The notes below the pieces were generated by a model. It made no database searches and was not told where the DNA came from. It saw only the letters and a list, made by a program, of their open reading frames with translations. From a virus (lineage: Duplodnaviria > Caudoviricetes), in IMG/VR virus record IMGVR_UViG_3300025769_000422, positions 1 to 34,209 of that record: a stretch of DNA of 34,209 nucleotides; one strand, given 5' to 3'. A program made the translations under genes and the position numbers. Shown here piece after piece: positions 7,547 through 15,595 of the stretch (position 1 is its first letter; each line of letters starts with the position of its first letter).

Positions 7547-8600
7547 AGTCAGAAACGAACTTAGAACACATCCGAAAATTCGCCAGGTCATGGCCAGGCT
7601 TAACGCAAAAGCCTTGTCACTCTCTGCCGTGACAGGTGAGTCACGCACTACCGTGACAAGAAGCCACGTTATCGGTTGCCTAGTCGTTCTGTGGATGCTG
7701 GCAGACGAACACGCAGACAGTCACGGCATTGTTGAAGGCGGCGAAGACTTTGTCGACGAGCTAGTAGAGTTTCCGGGAATGGCGGCAGAGCTCGAAACAA
7801 TTGGATGGGTGCGATTTATTACAGACGATTTTGGTGTGCAATTGACGCAATTCGTGAACTACCAAGAACATAATGGTTCCACAGCTAAGACTAGATCACA
7901 GAACAACAAGCGAAAACGGAAGCAGCGTGACAGGAGTGTCACGCATGAGCGTGACATGGTGTCACGCATGAGCGCGGATAGAGTAGAGGAGAAGAGAGGA
8001 GATAAGAATAGAGCGATATTTGCGCGACAACACCTCGACTACCAACAAAGCGAAGGCACACCGTTGGTCGACCGTCCGGAACCGATTGAGTTGACCGACA
8101 TTTTGAAGCGTTCCGATTTCCGAAAGTTCATCGACCTGCACCCAAGCCCGTACACTAAGCCGGGGCCAGCGGCGAGGGCGTGGGCGAGGGCTGTTGGTCA
8201 GGCTGGCATCGGCTGGCTGCTGCGGGCGGCGAAGGCTGAGTCAGAAGCGGCTGGCGAGGCGGATCGCAAACCGGCGGCCCACAAGTGGCTTGCCGATCAA
8301 AGCTGGCTGCTACACACTCGCGGCGAGGTGTGCGACCCGATGCTCGAGTCCGCCTCGTCACGAGTTCAGCGTGCTACTAATCTGCTTCGCCGCTGGGTGA
8401 TACGCTCCGAGCCAAGTGGTACGCTTCGTTGCTCGGAACCGGACCAGGCGTTTCGGCACGAGCCCGAGGCGGTCCGCTGCATGCTCGAGAATCTCGAGCT
8501 GATCAGCGATGACGAAACCAAGAAGTTTTTGCTTGACACGTTTGGGGAGCTCTGCAAGGATCGCTTCCCCGAGGCAAACACAAACCTCGATTCGGAGTGA
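7533..8600 (+). CDS. Phage replication initiator protein
   Basis: N-terminal 'WIKVRNELRTHPKI...LVVLWMLADEH...LETIGW...NYQEHNGSTAK', then an iteron-coded linker and 'EEKRGDK'. Lies directly upstream of DnaB. Confidence 0.8.
   Translation: MSWIKVRNELRTHPKIRQVMARLNAKALSLSAVTGESRTTVTRSHVIGCLVVLWMLADEHADSHGIVEGGEDFVDELVEFPGMAAELETIGWVRFITDDFGVQLTQFVNYQEHNGSTAKTRSQNNKRKRKQRDRSVTHERDMVSRMSADRVEEKRGDKNRAIFARQHLDYQQSEGTPLVDRPEPIELTDILKRSDFRKFIDLHPSPYTKPGPAARAWARAVGQAGIGWLLRAAKAESEAAGEADRKPAAHKWLADQSWLLHTRGEVCDPMLESASSRVQRATNLLRRWVIRSEPSGTLRCSEPDQAFRHEPEAVRCMLENLELISDDETKKFLLDTFGELCKDRFPEANTNLDSE
7925..8013. repeat. Putative replication origin: tandem palindromic iterons plus purine-rich tract inside the initiator gene
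   Basis: GCGTGACA-ggag-TGTCACGC-ATGA-GCGTGACA-tgg-TGTCACGC-ATGAGC, followed by GATAGAGTAGAGGAGAAGAGAGGAGATAAGAATAGAG. Confidence 0.7.
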
Positions 8601-8607
8601 TGAACCG

Positions 8608-9972
8608 ATGCTGACCCGAGACCCGGGCTCTGACAAACTCTGCGGAGAGCTGACCCGCGACGACATCGAATTTGCGATAGCCCGCTGTGCGATCCAACGG
8701 CCCGCGGTGCTGCTCGAGTTCGACCCGCGGTTCAGGCCGGAAATGCTCGAAGACCGCGTTGCAGCGGAGATCCTGCGAGCGACCGAAACGCTGCTCGCGA
8801 AGGCGCCGACGCGACCACGGCTGACGCTGGATTTTATCCGGGACCACCACAAGCGGCTGTTCGATTTGGTGAAGCCCAGCCAGCTCCACGGGGCCTACCT
8901 TGCCGACGAGCACTACGTGGTGGACGAACACGCGGCGTACTGGTCGCAGGTCATTGTGCAGGTCTGGGCGTGCGACCAGCTGGCCGAAACGGCCGAGTTT
9001 CTTATTGCTCATGCTCGAGCGAATCGGTCACGAGCGACGGCGGCAGACGCTGGTCTAATCTTGCTGGAACACCAGCAGCAATTGGAGCAGATCGAAAATG
9101 TTCTGAACCAGTCCCGCGAACCGCTCGACGTCCCGGAACAGTTGCCAGTGATCCGCTCTGAGGTGTACGACGGCAAGGTGGTTCGCAAGGTTAAGACGGG
9201 CATCCGAGATCTGGACGACTTAGCCGGTGGCTTACCGAGCGGACAGGTGAGTACGATCGCCGCCCGTCCGGGAGTCGGCAAGACGGCCATCGGGCTCCAG
9301 ATCCTGCAACATGCGTGGGACCACGGTGCCAACGCTTTGTTTTTCTCGATCGAACAACCCTGGCGCGACGTTGACAGGCGGCTGCTGTGCCAGGTCAGCC
9401 AAGCTACGTTTGGTGACATCGACAGACCGGATTGGTGGGACAGCAAAGAGGGCCAAGAAGCGGTGCAGCGTGTGTGTCAGTACCGCGCCAAGGTGATCGA
9501 CAAGGTCGATATGACGGCCCGAGACATTGCAAGTTCGATCGCGATCTTCCATTCGTCTGAGCCTGTCGATTTGGTGCTGGTTGACTACCTACAGTTAATT
9601 CCATCGATCAACACGCGGATCGATCGGCACTTACAGATCCGGCAGTCGATCGAGGCGCTAAACTCTATCGCGAAGCGGCTGGACGTCCCAATCCTGTTGT
9701 TGGCCCAGCTAAACCGCAAGGCCGAGGACATGAAGGGAAACCCGACGCTCGCGTGGCTGGGCGAGTCGGCTTCGATCGAGCAGGCCAGTAACCAAGTGAT
9801 GTTCTTAATTCCCGGTGAGGACGAAGGCAGAATACGAGAGACGACGCTGTGGGTGATGAAGAATCGGCACGGCGCGACTGGTTCGGTGCGACTGGCGTTC
9901 CGCGGTGAGCAGTTCAAGTTCACAGGCTGGGCGGCGGAGAATACGAACACGATCGAACTCGGTGGATTTTGA
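8608..9972 (+). CDS. dnaB: DnaB-like replicative helicase
   Basis: Walker A AARPGVGKT, FFSIEQ, Walker B LVLVDYLQL, LAQLNR, SIEQAS and KNRHG. Confidence 0.95.
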   Translation: MLTRDPGSDKLCGELTRDDIEFAIARCAIQRPAVLLEFDPRFRPEMLEDRVAAEILRATETLLAKAPTRPRLTLDFIRDHHKRLFDLVKPSQLHGAYLADEHYVVDEHAAYWSQVIVQVWACDQLAETAEFLIAHARANRSRATAADAGLILLEHQQQLEQIENVLNQSREPLDVPEQLPVIRSEVYDGKVVRKVKTGIRDLDDLAGGLPSGQVSTIAARPGVGKTAIGLQILQHAWDHGANALFFSIEQPWRDVDRRLLCQVSQATFGDIDRPDWWDSKEGQEAVQRVCQYRAKVIDKVDMTARDIASSIAIFHSSEPVDLVLVDYLQLIPSINTRIDRHLQIRQSIEALNSIAKRLDVPILLLAQLNRKAEDMKGNPTLAWLGESASIEQASNQVMFLIPGEDEGRIRETTLWVMKNRHGATGSVRLAFRGEQFKFTGWAAENTNTIELGGF

Positions 9973-10002
9973 GGCGTGAGTTGATTGGCGATCGACTCGA
10001 GG

Positions 10003-10039
10003 AGCCCCGCTCGGCGGCGTAGTCGGGCGGGGTTTTGTT
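10003..10039 (+). terminator. Rho-independent terminator after dnaB
   Basis: Stem AGCCCCGCTCGGC-ggcgta-GTCGGGCGGGGTT followed by TTGTT. Confidence 0.75.
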
Positions 10040-10073
10040 CCCAATTGATTTCCAATTTCGGAGTGATGACCCG

Positions 10074-10487
10074 ATGAGTGACTTAACAGACGTGCTGCAC
10101 TGGCTGCGACCAAGCAATTGGGCTGGTGTTGAGTCCCACAAGGCAGCACAAACGCTGGTCGTAATCACCGAACTCCAAGCCGAGAACCAGCGGCTGCGGG
10201 AGCGGGCAGAGGAACTGACCAAGTTATGTAGCGACAGACTCTGTCAACGATGGGACGACAACAAAGAGTATCGTGCAGAGATTGATAGGCTGCGGGATGA
10301 GAACCGCGAACTAATCACGGAACGTGACGAGGCAGTCAATTCAGCCTGCGATAACCGCAAGACGTTTGAGCGGGTGATGACCGAGAACACGCGGCTGCGG
10401 GCGGCACTGGTGAAGATCGATGACTGCGTGCCAGCTTCTCTCGTCAGAGAGATCGCACGAGAAGCACTGGAGGTGCAGGGTGAGTGA
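10074..10487 (+). CDS. Coiled-coil hypothetical protein (nin-like region)
   Basis: GGAG upstream of ATG10074; repeated 'ENQRLR/EIDRLR/ENTRLR' heptads. Confidence 0.75.
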   Translation: MSDLTDVLHWLRPSNWAGVESHKAAQTLVVITELQAENQRLRERAEELTKLCSDRLCQRWDDNKEYRAEIDRLRDENRELITERDEAVNSACDNRKTFERVMTENTRLRAALVKIDDCVPASLVREIAREALEVQGE

Positions 10488-10689
10488 CGCAGTCGATAGT
10501 CAAATTCGGACGTTCCGCGAACTACTCAGCGACTACTCTGAGCACACTGCAATTGAGTGGTTGCGCGAACTATTTACAGAAGCGGAACGCGAGTCAGCAG
10601 AGAGACAGCGACTGGCTCAACGTAACCACGATCTGACGCATAAACTCATCGAACTGTCTGACGAAATTGAAAGGCTGAGAAATTTATGA
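10480..10689 (+). CDS. Small coiled-coil hypothetical protein
   Basis: GGAGG precedes GTG10480; ends in 'DEIERLR'; ATGA coupling downstream. Confidence 0.65.
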   Translation: MSDAVDSQIRTFRELLSDYSEHTAIEWLRELFTEAERESAERQRLAQRNHDLTHKLIELSDEIERLRNL

Positions 10690-10934
10690 CCGACGAATAC
10701 AAACAGTGGGACATTCCGGGCGAGTTGCTGCAACAGGTTCTGGATCGACTCCCCGACGATTGGAATCTAACGATCCGGTTGCAAGGTGGGTCGATTAGAC
10801 CCTACCTCATTCTGACCGACGAAAATGACGACGGGATGTGGGACAACGATGGGCCGTTAGATGGAGAGTCCGTTGTCGACTGCATCAGCCGGTTAATTCG
10901 GTTGGTTCCAGACGGCGGTGGCGACGATGAGTGA
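10686..10934 (+). CDS. Acidic hypothetical protein
   Basis: Coupled to both neighbours. Confidence 0.65.
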   Translation: MTDEYKQWDIPGELLQQVLDRLPDDWNLTIRLQGGSIRPYLILTDENDDGMWDNDGPLDGESVVDCISRLIRLVPDGGGDDE

Positions 10935-11193
10935 CCCAATTAAAACAGTAATCGACAAAATGAGCGATGAGCTTGTCAAGGTGGGCGAAGCGGCGGATCG
11001 CAAGATAGAGAAAGTAATGGAGGAGAACGCCCAGCTGCGGGAGCTTCTCTACAAGACGACGCACACGCCGTTCGGATGGTGCAATTTCTCTCATTTGCAC
11101 AACGGCGATCAGTGCGGTCAGTGCGAAGCGTGCGAGCACACCAAGAAAGTTATGAAGTCAGTTCGCGAAATACTTGAAGGAGGTGCAGAATGA
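10927..11193 (+). CDS. Hypothetical protein with C-terminal CxxCxxC
   Basis: 'CNFSHLH...CGQCEAC'; coupled on both sides. Confidence 0.65.
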   Translation: MSDPIKTVIDKMSDELVKVGEAADRKIEKVMEENAQLRELLYKTTHTPFGWCNFSHLHNGDQCGQCEACEHTKKVMKSVREILEGGAE

Positions 11194-11474
11194 TCATTGA
11201 TGGAGTCGAGTATGTGCGGGCGGATTCGGTGACCGCAGAGATTGGTGACATGCGGATTATTGTGGCGGATCGTGGATGGATCTTCGTTGGTCAATGCGAA
11301 GACCAAGACGACGGCAGTGTGATCATCACAAACGCTAGGAATATCCGCAAATGGGGCACAACTTGCGGCCTTGGAGAACTGGCAAGCGGGCCAACGTCGG
11401 AGACTGTGATTGATTCGTATGGCACAGTCAGGACGACGCCAATTGTGTCAATCGCCGTGACTGGGGGTTGGTAG
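11190..11474 (+). CDS. Conserved phage hypothetical protein (Sm-like beta fold; DUF6948-like by recollection)
   Basis: 'IIVADRGWIFVG...ITNARNIRKWGTTCGLGELASGP'; RBS GGAGG. Confidence 0.75.
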   Translation: MIIDGVEYVRADSVTAEIGDMRIIVADRGWIFVGQCEDQDDGSVIITNARNIRKWGTTCGLGELASGPTSETVIDSYGTVRTTPIVSIAVTGGW

Positions 11475-11475
11475 A

Positions 11476-11655
11476 ATGGACTGGGTAATCACAGGCAGCA
11501 ATGGCTGGGGCAATGGCTATGGCTATGGCAATGGCGATGGCGATGGCAATGGCGATGGCAATGGCTATGGCTATGGTGACGGCTATGGCGATGGCAATGG
11601 CGATGGCAATGGCTATGGCTATGGTGACGGCTATGGCGATGGCGATGGCTGGTGA
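11476..11655 (+). CDS. Gly-rich G[YDN] dipeptide repeat protein (59 aa), missing from the ORF track
   Basis: ATG11476 lies 1 nt after the upstream stop and reads MDWVITGSNGWGNGYGYGNGDGDG...GYGDGDGW-stop. The DNA is a GGCNAT hexamer repeat. Confidence 0.75.
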   Translation: MDWVITGSNGWGNGYGYGNGDGDGNGDGNGYGYGDGYGDGNGDGNGYGYGDGYGDGDGW

Positions 11656-11706
11656 GATCGCAGATCCAATGTTTATTGTACCGAACCGGGGGGCAGCGGA
11701 ACGGAC

Positions 11707-12192
11707 GTGAACTACGACGAAGATGACCCGACATTTGTCGACGATCTACGCAGGTCGCAGGATTCAGTGGACGTTGCGGCGAAGTGGCTACGGTCGCAGG
11801 GCTACCCATTGGTAGTGCGGCCTACGTTTGTGCGACCCACGAGCGACCAAATGGCAGAGTTTTCCGACAGCGGTGATTTGGAGATCATGCAGCGAGTCGA
11901 GGTGAAACAGCGAGTCGACATCGACTTTACTAGCGCTGATGATTTCCCGTACCAGACCGTAATCGTCGACGCTTGCCATTGCTACGACAAGGCACGCCCG
12001 AAGCCTTACGCCTACATCATTTTTAACTCACAGTTGACTCACGCGATGGTGGTCAACGTCCGGGAAACGATCGGAGCGTGGTCGAGAACGGTCAAGCTGG
12101 ATCGAAAGAAGAATCGACGCCGCAAGTTTTACGAGTGTCCGGTGAGTGAGGCGAGATTTGTGACCATTCCACATGCAGCAGGTGAAGAATGA
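11707..12192 (+). CDS. Putative PD-(D/E)XK nuclease-like protein
   Basis: 'DSGDL....VEVKQR' catalytic-type motif. Confidence 0.6.
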   Translation: MNYDEDDPTFVDDLRRSQDSVDVAAKWLRSQGYPLVVRPTFVRPTSDQMAEFSDSGDLEIMQRVEVKQRVDIDFTSADDFPYQTVIVDACHCYDKARPKPYAYIIFNSQLTHAMVVNVRETIGAWSRTVKLDRKKNRRRKFYECPVSEARFVTIPHAAGEE

Positions 12193-12422
12193 TCCAAGCA
12201 GTTGACTGGAGGGGCGATGCGGATCGGTGGAAGGCAAAAGCCTTAACATTCCAAACGATACTAGCCGCTCTCCTGTTGCACGATGAAGGCCGGCAGCTGG
12301 TGACCACAATGGAGAACCTGGAAGCGGCCGAGGCGCTCAGCTGGAATCTATTTGTCCAGGAAAACCCCGAAAATGGGACGGTTACGTTTTCGATGGAAGA
12401 CATGGACGAGGAGGAAGAATGA
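12189..12422 (+). CDS. Hypothetical protein
   Basis: ATGA coupling on both sides. Confidence 0.65.
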   Translation: MIQAVDWRGDADRWKAKALTFQTILAALLLHDEGRQLVTTMENLEAAEALSWNLFVQENPENGTVTFSMEDMDEEEE

Positions 12423-12805
12423 GCTGCGAACGGACGGGAGCCAAAGGTCGCGACCAGTGGCGGCGAATGCAGATGGAACGGGACGGCTATTGCATGCTCT
12501 GTTCGAGCCAGCCGGCGACCGAAGTACATGAGATCGAACGTCGCAGCCATGCGCCGCGGACGTGGGCACACACCTGCAACTACCTGCATCTGTGCCACGA
12601 TTGTCACCACGGCCGCATCCCGAAGATGGATCACGCGGAGCAGCTGGCCGTCAAGCTGGTCTGTGACCCGCGAAACTTCGCACTGGTGCAGTGGCTCAAA
12701 CTGCGAGATCCAGACCTAAGAGCACCCGAGCGGGTGACAATGGAAGACATTGCGAACCATTTAACCGCCAATTTGGCGCTCCTGCGGAAAATGGGGTCAG
12801 TATGA
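12419..12805 (+). CDS. HNH endonuclease-like protein
   Basis: 'RDGYCMLC...EVHEI...NYLHLCHDCH'. Confidence 0.8.
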   Translation: MSCERTGAKGRDQWRRMQMERDGYCMLCSSQPATEVHEIERRSHAPRTWAHTCNYLHLCHDCHHGRIPKMDHAEQLAVKLVCDPRNFALVQWLKLRDPDLRAPERVTMEDIANHLTANLALLRKMGSV

Positions 12806-13389
12806 GCGGCGAGCGAATCATCGCGATTGATCCAGGGCCACGGCAGAGTGGTTATTGCGTGTTCGACCCGGCTGCGTTTCAGGTTATAACATGCCGTAAC
12901 ATGGACAACATCGAGTTGTTTGAGATCATGACACGCTCAAGCAACTGGAGCCGAGACGGTGACACGCTGGTAATCGAAAAGGTCGCGCACTACGGAATGC
13001 GAGTCGGAAAGGAAGTGTTTGATACTTGTACGTGGGCGGGCATCTACGCGGCGAAGTTCGGGGTGCTGCACACGTTTCAGATTCCGTTTGCGACGGTGAG
13101 CATGACCATCTGCCACCGTCGCGGAGCGAAAGAGGCGGACGTCTGGCGAGTGGTGCGAGACATGTTCCCGAAGTCGGGCGGCGGCCTTAGTCCGGAGATC
13201 GGAACCAAGTCAAAGCCAGGTCCGCTTTACAAGACCAGGGCGCAGGAGCACGGGCGCTCCGCGCTAGCAGTGGCAATCACGCATGGCATTCTGATGCGAG
13301 AGAACGCAGAACAGCACCTGCGGGACTACAGCATGTACGCCACGATGTTCGATGGTGTTATTGACGAACCAGCCATGGAACCAACATAA
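12802..13389 (+). CDS. RuvC-like Holliday junction resolvase
   Basis: RNase H-fold motifs 'IIAIDPGPRQSG', 'LVIEKV' and 'SALAVA'. Confidence 0.8.
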   Translation: MSGERIIAIDPGPRQSGYCVFDPAAFQVITCRNMDNIELFEIMTRSSNWSRDGDTLVIEKVAHYGMRVGKEVFDTCTWAGIYAAKFGVLHTFQIPFATVSMTICHRRGAKEADVWRVVRDMFPKSGGGLSPEIGTKSKPGPLYKTRAQEHGRSALAVAITHGILMRENAEQHLRDYSMYATMFDGVIDEPAMEPT

Positions 13390-13399
13390 TGACCACACC

Positions 13400-13702
13400 A
13401 TGCAACGGAACCGCATCAACCCGGACCAGCGAGCCCGCTCGACAGGAATGTTCGAGCCGGATCGGCTGCGTTACCACCTCAGCCAATTGGCTGAGCTGTC
13501 GGCAATCACAGGGCGTCAGTTGGTTCTGGTATACGAATCGCCGTGTTGGCGCGTGGTAGAACTTGACACAAGGGTGTCTGCCGTGGGAATCTCGGCGGAA
13601 CCAGACCCGGCCGATGCAATCAGCAGAGCGGCAAACAGAATTAGACGGATCGAGGAGATTGCGAAGGATGGCAACCACCGAAGCTGCAAGTCCGCAAGCT
13701 GA
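13400..13702 (+). CDS. Hypothetical protein (start uncertain)
   Basis: Open frame filling the gap; protein-like sequence. Confidence 0.5.
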   Translation: MQRNRINPDQRARSTGMFEPDRLRYHLSQLAELSAITGRQLVLVYESPCWRVVELDTRVSAVGISAEPDPADAISRAANRIRRIEEIAKDGNHRSCKSAS

Positions 13703-14858
13703 CACTGACCGACTCGATGAGATTGTTGAAGCGGTCAACCAACTGCTAGATGAGCACGAAACTTTCGTCGCTGGCGATGCTGCATTCCCACCAGAGTCTT
13801 TTGACGTGGCTGTTACAGCGGCGGACATTGCGATTCATTCGGGCGACTGGCCCAAACAGTCGATCAAGATTTGCGTGAAGTTTGGTGCGTTCCTCGAGCA
13901 CTGGAATCGGTATCGCGGCGGGGAGTGGACCCGCGACTACTCACCGCGGCCGCAAGTGTGGTCAGCACTCCGGGATCTGATCGAGGAATTCGAGCTCGTT
14001 CGCAACCCGATCCAGCGGACGATCGAGCCGGTTCATGTGCTGTTGGAGCAGATGAAGGACTTCCCCGGCAGGTACCGTCAGGTGGCCAAGGCGTACGGCT
14101 GGCGAAAGGAAGTGCGACCCGGCCAATTCCGATGGACCGGCCCGTTCTTCGACGGGAACGAGGTCGAGGTGACGTCGCTGATCGAGAAGGAAGCAAAGGA
14201 TCCGGGAAGCGTGGTTCCTGTGGGCTGGCGTCCTGATGACGAGATAGAGCGGGAGAAGCGGAGCCAGGTTGAGAACCAGAACCGCCTTGCGAACGCTCGA
14301 AGACGCTTGAACAACGCGAAAGAGGACGTTGACCCGGCAAGCATCGATGATTTGCTGTTTGAGGGTCAATTCCCGGACGTGATCGCCAAAGTGAAAAAGG
14401 TGGAGATTGGCGAAGTGCTGGCGAGAGCCGAGGCACTAGCAATGAAGCCGAACGACCGAGAGAATCCAGACCCGTGGGTGGACCCGCGGAAGCAATCGCA
14501 GGACGCGAGCAACTTCGGCAGCACGGATGCGCGTCAAAAGCCGGAGTTGCATGCAACAGAGGAGTCTCTACCGAGCGACGTAGTTACGACCGAGGTAGAG
14601 CCCGAGGACGCAACGGACGCCAGCGCCACCGGATCGGCAGGGACGACTCATCCCGATCCGGTGGCATTTTCTCCCGATGCTGAGGAGAAGCTGACGCGCC
14701 GCCAGCGGCAGAAGCGGGACCGCGGTTACATTCAGCAGGCGATCGAGCTTAACCCAGACGCATCCGCCGGCGAGGTGTCGGAGATCATCAAGACGCGGTT
14801 TGGCTGCACTATTTCAACGCGGTCCGTTGCTGGCCATCTCGCCAATATGCGCAACTGA
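13668..14858 (+). CDS. Hypothetical protein with probable C-terminal HTH
   Basis: GAGGAG/AAGG upstream of ATG13668; C-terminal 'NPDASAGEVSEIIKTRFGCTISTRSVAGHL'. Confidence 0.75.
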   Translation: MATTEAASPQADTDRLDEIVEAVNQLLDEHETFVAGDAAFPPESFDVAVTAADIAIHSGDWPKQSIKICVKFGAFLEHWNRYRGGEWTRDYSPRPQVWSALRDLIEEFELVRNPIQRTIEPVHVLLEQMKDFPGRYRQVAKAYGWRKEVRPGQFRWTGPFFDGNEVEVTSLIEKEAKDPGSVVPVGWRPDDEIEREKRSQVENQNRLANARRRLNNAKEDVDPASIDDLLFEGQFPDVIAKVKKVEIGEVLARAEALAMKPNDRENPDPWVDPRKQSQDASNFGSTDARQKPELHATEESLPSDVVTTEVEPEDATDASATGSAGTTHPDPVAFSPDAEEKLTRRQRQKRDRGYIQQAIELNPDASAGEVSEIIKTRFGCTISTRSVAGHLANMRN

Positions 14859-14869
14859 GGGGCGCATCG

Positions 14870-15595
14870 TTGGCGAAGAAAAAAAAAGCTGCCGCCAAGA
14901 TTCCTTCTAAGGCGAACCGCACTGCGAGGGCGAAGAAGGTCACCAAGAAAAAGGTCGAGCAGGTCGCAAGGCAATGCGGCAACCGTGGACGTGGTCTGGG
15001 GCGGAAGTCTTGGAAGCAGCACAAAGCTGACCCCGACGAGGTGGCACCGAGCGATCGAGATTTGCAAATTTACTTGCTCGCTCACGAGGGCATCCACACC
15101 CAAATGGAGATTGCCCGGCAGTTCGAGGTTTCTCGCGGGCGAGTGACGCAGATTCTGACCGCCGTGGGCAACTGGATGCTTCGCCGGCTGACGGACGACA
15201 TTCGCACGGTCAAGCTGGAGAATCACGCGCGGCTGCAAGTTTTGTACGCTGAAGCGTACAAGGGATGGCTTGCCAGCAAGGAGGACGCGGAAGAATCGAC
15301 GGTGACTGAGGGCGGACCGGGCGGCACGGTGACAACCAGCAAGCGGAAGGGGCAAACTGGCAACCCCGCGTTTTTGCGGGAATGCCGCGAGATCTTGGCC
15401 GACATTCGCAAGATCTGGGGAGCTGACGCTCCGATGGAAGTGAAGCACACCGGCGAGATTCGCGTAGCCGGCAAGTCACTGGCGGAGGCAGTGATTGAAA
15501 AGCGGGACCAGCTGAACCGAATCGGCAACGTGCTGTTAAACTCATCAAATTACACAGTGGTGGGCGACGACGATGACGATGGAGCTGTCAAGTGA
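14870..15595 (+). CDS. terS: Terminase small subunit (HTH)
   Basis: HTH 'HTQMEIARQFEVSRGRVTQIL' and tail 'KIWGADAPMEVKHTG'. Lies immediately upstream of TerL. Confidence 0.75.
   Translation: MAKKKKAAAKIPSKANRTARAKKVTKKKVEQVARQCGNRGRGLGRKSWKQHKADPDEVAPSDRDLQIYLLAHEGIHTQMEIARQFEVSRGRVTQILTAVGNWMLRRLTDDIRTVKLENHARLQVLYAEAYKGWLASKEDAEESTVTEGGPGGTVTTSKRKGQTGNPAFLRECREILADIRKIWGADAPMEVKHTGEIRVAGKSLAEAVIEKRDQLNRIGNVLLNSSNYTVVGDDDDDGAVK

Noticed and set aside
11500-11650. Repeat array as CRISPR or DGR element
   Set aside because: It is a hexamer microsatellite without spacers. No cas genes or reverse transcriptase are in the window.
11489-11809. ORF-track calls MAMAMA... (11501..11710 +) and HSHCH... 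(11489..11809 -)
   Set aside because: These are shadow frames of the GGCNAT repeat. The Gly-rich frame from ATG11476 is coupled to the upstream gene and is the plausible product.
14879-14887. A9 tract at the terS start as a phase-variation or frameshift site
   Set aside because: It is explained by a Lys run in a basic N-terminal tail, and no useful alternative frame is evident.
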